DNA of 62,834 bases, counting the filler, from Rhabdomonas costata (taxonomy: Eukaryota), in the NCBI GenBank assembly GCA_019059605.1. It is 24 parts of 24 records of this genome, joined end to end, with 100 filler letters (N's around TTAATTAATTAA, not from the genome) between each part and the next. Parts side by side here need not be neighbours in the genome. Positions count along the whole stretch, not along the records: positions 57,691 to 60,212 come from JAHMHO010003019.1; positions 60,313 to 62,834 come from JAHMHO010003020.1; 22 more parts are not named here. One strand, 5' to 3'. The notes under the pieces were generated by a model. That model was not told the DNA's origin. It saw nothing but the letters and a program-made list of their open reading frames with translations, and searched no databases. Position numbers and translations under genes: made by a program. Positions 57,961 to 62,834 of the stretch are shown here, piece by piece. How positions within the stretch are numbered: the stretch's first letter is position 1; the number at the start of each line of letters is the position of its first letter.

Positions 57961-58958
57961 ATGGGGAGCTCCTCAAGCTCCCAGCGACGGCGGCGGCACG
58001 GCTCAGCACTGGGCAGCCCAGGCCCAGGCACGGTTTCTGCTGGAGCGGGAACCGTAGGTGCTAGCCACATTCAACACCGCACCGGCAGCACCTCTCAACC
58101 GTCGGGCGGTGGGGCCACCCAGCCCGGCACCCAGCACCGCCAGGCTCCTCCGCAGAGCCACCCTTCCACACTCAGTCGTCCGCCACCGCAGCAACAGTCT
58201 GGGCCCTCCTCGACTGTTGCGGGGCGCGGCGATGGAGCTGCACCACCACCTCAGGGACCAGGTGTGTTTCGTCAGCTTAAATTTGCTGCAGGGTGTGTGT
58301 GAGGAGGAACCTCTGGTGGTGGAGGGCCTCGACCACCATAGAGAAACTTCCGCTTGAAGGCAAATGCCGTTTCATTCCTCCTGCGTTATGTCTATTGAGA
58401 CCATGGTCTGTGAGGAGTTTGCGTCACTTTCGCTACGTGCGTCACAGAGCGATTCTCTTTCGCCCCTGTCACAGTTCAAGTGACCGAAGAGTCTTTGGGA
58501 ACACTTAATCCTAACACCTACCGATGACTACGATAACTTTTAGGGTGGTTGAAATTCGTGAGAAAATTGCTTTCAGACTGAAAAAACGGTGGAAGGGGGG
58601 CGGACCAGTTGCTTGAAGAAGAGATGCGAAGCTTTGCAACTTGGAACTCATTCTTGCCATTTTGTCATGCTCTGCGCAAACCTTGAAGTTGTGCGTTCTG
58701 CAAATGCACAAAAAAAAAGGGGGTGGTCAGAGGCCTTACTACCTGATGTTCGGCGGGGGTACCCAAGGAAATCGGGGCGCTTCCGGGGGAGGTCCAATGA
58801 TCTTCTACGTCAACAACCAGCAGGCCACTGCGCCCCTGCCTGAGGTTCAGGAGAGCGTGAAGATCAAGAACCACGCCAACCTGCTCAAGCACACGCTGCA
58901 ACTGATACCCCACAATGGGCGCTCCCAGTTCCGGATCGGCTTCCGCTGCGACACCCTG
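57961..58958 (+). CDS. MGRN1/RNF157/LOG2-type RING E3 ligase, N-terminal exons
   Basis: Myristoylation-type start MGSSSS. Exons 57961-58261 and 58720-58958 carry VKIKNHANLLKHTLQL...FRIGFRCD. The RING domain is not in this contig. Confidence 0.7.
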
Positions 58959-60399
58959 GTCTTCGTCCCCACCCCTTCTGAGGGCGGTGGTCTGAAATGT
59001 ACACTTTTCACCAGAAGCCAGGATTATTACGGGAAGCCACTGAAATCCACTGGCACCTTCGCTCCTCGTAATCACTTTCACTCGCAAAACGTTTAAGCGT
59101 TTCTTGACCTTTTTCTAAATTACACTGCGTGAGGCACAGAAGATCGCCAGTCGCTTGTGATATGGTGTGTTCCTATGTTTGCTATTTGCCCATCTCGCAC
59201 GCTGGCGTCTGAACGAATGCCTGCCTGGAAGAGAAAGTAAATACCGCCCTCATTGGCAGATACTCTTTTTTGACGTGTAGGACAGGTATTTGGTTTGCCG
59301 GTAGTAAGGGCTTGACTGCATGGGCCCACCAATAGGAAACGTAACCGTAACCCTTGAGTGGCAACACACGAACGAAGTGAAGTGAATGAGATGGCGAACA
59401 TGGAAATGTTGCGTGTGGGAGAATTGAGACACAGGAAAGGAAATGCGGCTGATGAAAAGGCTGTAGAATGAGTCGGTGAACTTGAAGGACAATGCAAAAG
59501 TTATGACATCGTCCATTGTCCGCTCATCAGAATCCAAGAAGATCACAGAAAATTGGAGCAGAAGCAAATGAGAAAGCAGGAGCTATATTTTGTGCATCAG
59601 CTTGTCCGTGTGTTGTCAACATCCGAAACGTCCGCAACAACTTTCAATAATTGAGACAAGGTGACAAGAGAAAACGTGGAGACAGAAGAATCCAGTGGCA
59701 TGGACGCGGGTGTTAGGTAATGGGTTATGACTGGAGACATATTTGACTGATAAAGTGCGTATTTTCCCGGAATTTACAACCAACCAACCCAATTCTTTCA
59801 GTGGCATAAATGTCGCCAAGGCCCGTGCATTCACCCAGGCAAGAGTGTTTAATATTAGTCACTTCCCCGAACAGCCGTGTTTTCACAGGGAAGGAAATCC
59901 AAGACAGTAAGCCTAAGTTGAACCTAAGTTGAAATTCCATTTTTTTCATTTTAACTTTTGCTGTCCAATCCTGTTTTTCGATCATTTATCACTGTCCGCA
60001 CATTGCCGTTGGGGTAATAAAGCATCCCCAAATGTTGACGCAACTGTACAGATTGTTGATTACATCCGGGAGGACTAATTTCGGAGGGTAAAATGCTCAC
60101 GTTTTATTACAGAAACCCTCCATCAAAGTGGACGAAATCCCGGTCTCCACAGCGAAAAGGTGGCGCACAGAACTGATGTGCGCGGCTCCTTTCTCCCTCC
60201 CCACCCCCAACCNNNNNNNNNNNNNNNNNNNNNNNNNNNNNNNNNNNNNNNNNNNNTTAATTAATTAANNNNNNNNNNNNNNNNNNNNNNNNNNNNNNNN
60301 NNNNNNNNNNNNCCATTGTCCTAGAGGGGATCAATACATCTTTTTAAGAAGCACCAATGCTCTTTGTGCAATTGATTTCTGGTGCTCTTCTTTTCATTT

Positions 60400-61420
60400 T
60401 TATTTGAAAAAGGAAAAGAAGAGCGATCCGCAAAGCTGGGTCAAACGTGCAATCAGCTACTGAGATGAGTGAACATGGCGGGTGGTATGCGTTCTTTTCT
60501 AGCCTATTACACAGGACGTGGATGTTTCAAGATTCGGGTGAATTCAAGGCGCATATTCTTGGAGATGACGTATATTACACTCAGTAATACCATGAGATGA
60601 ATCTGGAGGAAGAATGAACTTTTACTATATGCTGAGAGATCGGGATAATGCCGTCATATCGTGGTTTGGATTGGAATAGAGCTGCTAAAAGATTTGGCAG
60701 CCGACACGAGAAAGGTCCCTTTTGGTTCAACACAAAACTGTCGTGAAGGAGCACTGTTTCTGGTTCAATAACACCTGGTTTGCACCTGATTTGCAATCAA
60801 CCACATTTCACCTGATGATCCCTGTTTCTAGGAAAATGGTTCTCCTGTTGTTGCGTGGCAGAGGCATTCGATGAAGAAGTGTGTTGGTTGCAATAACTAA
60901 ATCCGCGATGCTAGTGTCAAGGGCAAGAAATGTGGCAAGCCTTGGTGAGGTCAACTTTCTTCCTTTCATGTTTTAATGCGTCAAAACAGATTCTTGAAGT
61001 GGTCTTTCGACGATTCAAACTGAACTAAAATTGCCGTGGGCAAATGGCCGCCTTTTTCACATTTTTTCTGTGCAGTCGAACCGCTTCGTGTAAAATCAAA
61101 AATTGCTCTCTTCACTATGCCCAGATGCAAAAGACGAAACCTCGGCGCGTACAATCCGCTTATTCAGCCATCGATGCAGCGCAAGGGCACGAATAGGTCC
61201 AATGAGACAGTTTGAGCATAAGACGTTGTAAGGTGTTTCCCTGTTTTTTGAACCCCAAAACACCGGAAAATGTCACAGGTTTTTTTTCACATTTCTCGAC
61301 CACTTTGTCATTCGGCAAACGTGCGAAAAAAGACGTTAAAAGGCTTCGGGGACTTACATATGGCGCATTCTGGGAGAAAAACCACTTAATAGGTGTCGAA
61401 ACTCCTTCTATATTCATGCG
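60400..61420 (-). mobile_element. Possible decayed DNA-transposase relic (hAT-like, weak)
   Basis: Intronless broken ORFs containing FLALDTS and GII.*NVVDCKSGA, faintly like hAT catalytic segments. Confidence 0.25.
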
Positions 61421-62482
61421 CGACGGAATTAAAATTGATTCCAGTGCTCGGATCGGAGCATAAACTTGGCCTGTAACTACCGATTCAAAAGCACCTGAGA
61501 ACCTTAGTATGCCACGTGGAGAGATGGGTCATAAATCGACGCGAAAACATTTCTGGAAAAGCCTAAATTGCCCATCTTTCGATCCTGAATCAGTGAAGAA
61601 CACACTTCCGTGGGATGGGGGGGCGATTCTCTTGAACTTGTGAAGAACGCCAGACAACCAAAACAGCCCCAAGCAGGGCTTTGGTAGCCACATTTTTGGC
61701 GCTTTTGGATTTAAAGGCTTCGGAGGTTCTTATTCCATTTCTGCGGCCTAAAACAGGAGGGTGGACCACCAAAAATTTCGGCATGGTTTGCAGCTGTATG
61801 CTGGTCTTTGTGTGTGTGGGTGTGCTTCCACAATCCGTTCCATATGGCATAGAATGGGGTAGTCGAGGGCAAAACGTCACAAAGGAGATTCCAGTTCTTT
61901 TTGCATTCCGGAACAAAATAGATCAAAACCGAACGGTGGAAAATCTTGGCTCTGGGTATCCATGCTGTGGACCCGCACGACCCAAAACCTGAACCTTTTA
62001 ATGTGCCTCTGAGTTGCTCACACTGTCAGAGGTGCCCTGGGGACTTCATATCTCGGCGTAGTTGACGAAAAATGTCCTGCTGTAAAGGCAAAATCACTCT
62101 TTTGATTCTGGTTCGAGATGGAACGCTTCGGGGGACGATTTTTTCGACCAAAATTGACTTTTTCACCCCTATCTGGTTATCGGTGGAGTGGAGGGGAAGG
62201 CCAAACGGCCCTTAATCGGACTTTTGAGACCCCAGTTTTTGACATTATTGGGTGTAAACTCCGGAAGGATTTTTTCCCACTCTGCGACTACAAAAACAGG
62301 GGGTAGGTGACCTTGTACCAATTGCACTCATTCGCCATATAAGGCCAATTGGCCCTGCTCTCTCACTTTACCTCCCCTGACCCCTGCTCCCCTGTGACCA
62401 ATGCGCCTGGCCACAGTTCCCAGCATTAAAAATGCAATTTCTGGGTGTAGACGGCACGTTAGAGCGGGAAAAACGTGATTCT

Positions 62483-62643
62483 TATCGGTTTTGAACCATC
62501 CCCAAGGTGGTGGAATGTGTACCCGTTCTGAGGTCGAACTTTACCTGGTAGTCGAAAAATTGACCCTGGTGGGGATCGAACCCGCGCAGCGTTACCCCAA
62601 GCTCTGGCTGTGCAGGGTAATTAACCACTGAACTACGGCTGTG
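62483..62643 (-). mobile_element. tRNA-derived SINE-like element
   Basis: A box GTAGTTCAGTGG and B box GGGTTCGATCCC at 62641-62561, with no proper acceptor stem. Flanked by the 11-nt direct repeat AACGTGATTCT (62472-62482, 62644-62654). Confidence 0.7.
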
Positions 62644-62834
62644 AACGTGATTCTATAGGGATGGTGTAGGGTATGGAGGATGATTTTCGGTCAAATTTTA
62701 ATCGCTCCTGTGACATTGCTCAAGTGATTAGCAGACCGTTCGGGGGACCCCTCCACCATCACTAAAAACGGGTCGGCGGGCCTGAAGGCCATATCAAATA
62801 ATGCAATGTTTTTTATAAACGACACCCCCCCCCC

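Noticed and set aside
62561-62641. Functional tRNA gene
   Set aside because: Acceptor and anticodon stems do not pair; treated as a SINE head.

Overview
This window is not one locus. It is 24 unrelated ~2.5-kb contigs joined by artificial 100-nt spacers (N44-TTAATTAATTAA-N44), so synteny across spacers is meaningless. The DNA is eukaryotic and intron-rich, with GT-AG introns and at least one GC-AG intron. A receptor-type adenylate cyclase and 'EWMY' class III cyclases suggest a euglenozoan, probably a euglenid (inference). Recognisable gene fragments: receptor adenylate cyclase, MORN/Zn-finger protein, histidine kinase, dsRBD protein, F-box protein, NKAP, B3GLCT/Fringe-type glycosyltransferase, HERC2/CPH-like domain, HELLS/DDM1-type SNF2 helicase, two class III cyclases, HAP2/GCS1 fusogen, fumarate reductase, ATG7 and an MGRN1/LOG2-type E3 ligase. 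There are also MITE-like elements, a tRNA-derived SINE and decayed integrase- and transposase-like relics. Most notable: the HAP2 fusogen; A/C-rich splice acceptors and pairing intron ends; two 2-nt frameshifts in conserved motifs; a G/T-start, A/C-end polarity of nearly all contigs; and an AT-rich foreign-looking tract. No prokaryote-type system (CRISPR, operon) is supported. All homology calls are motif recognition by eye; no searches were run.
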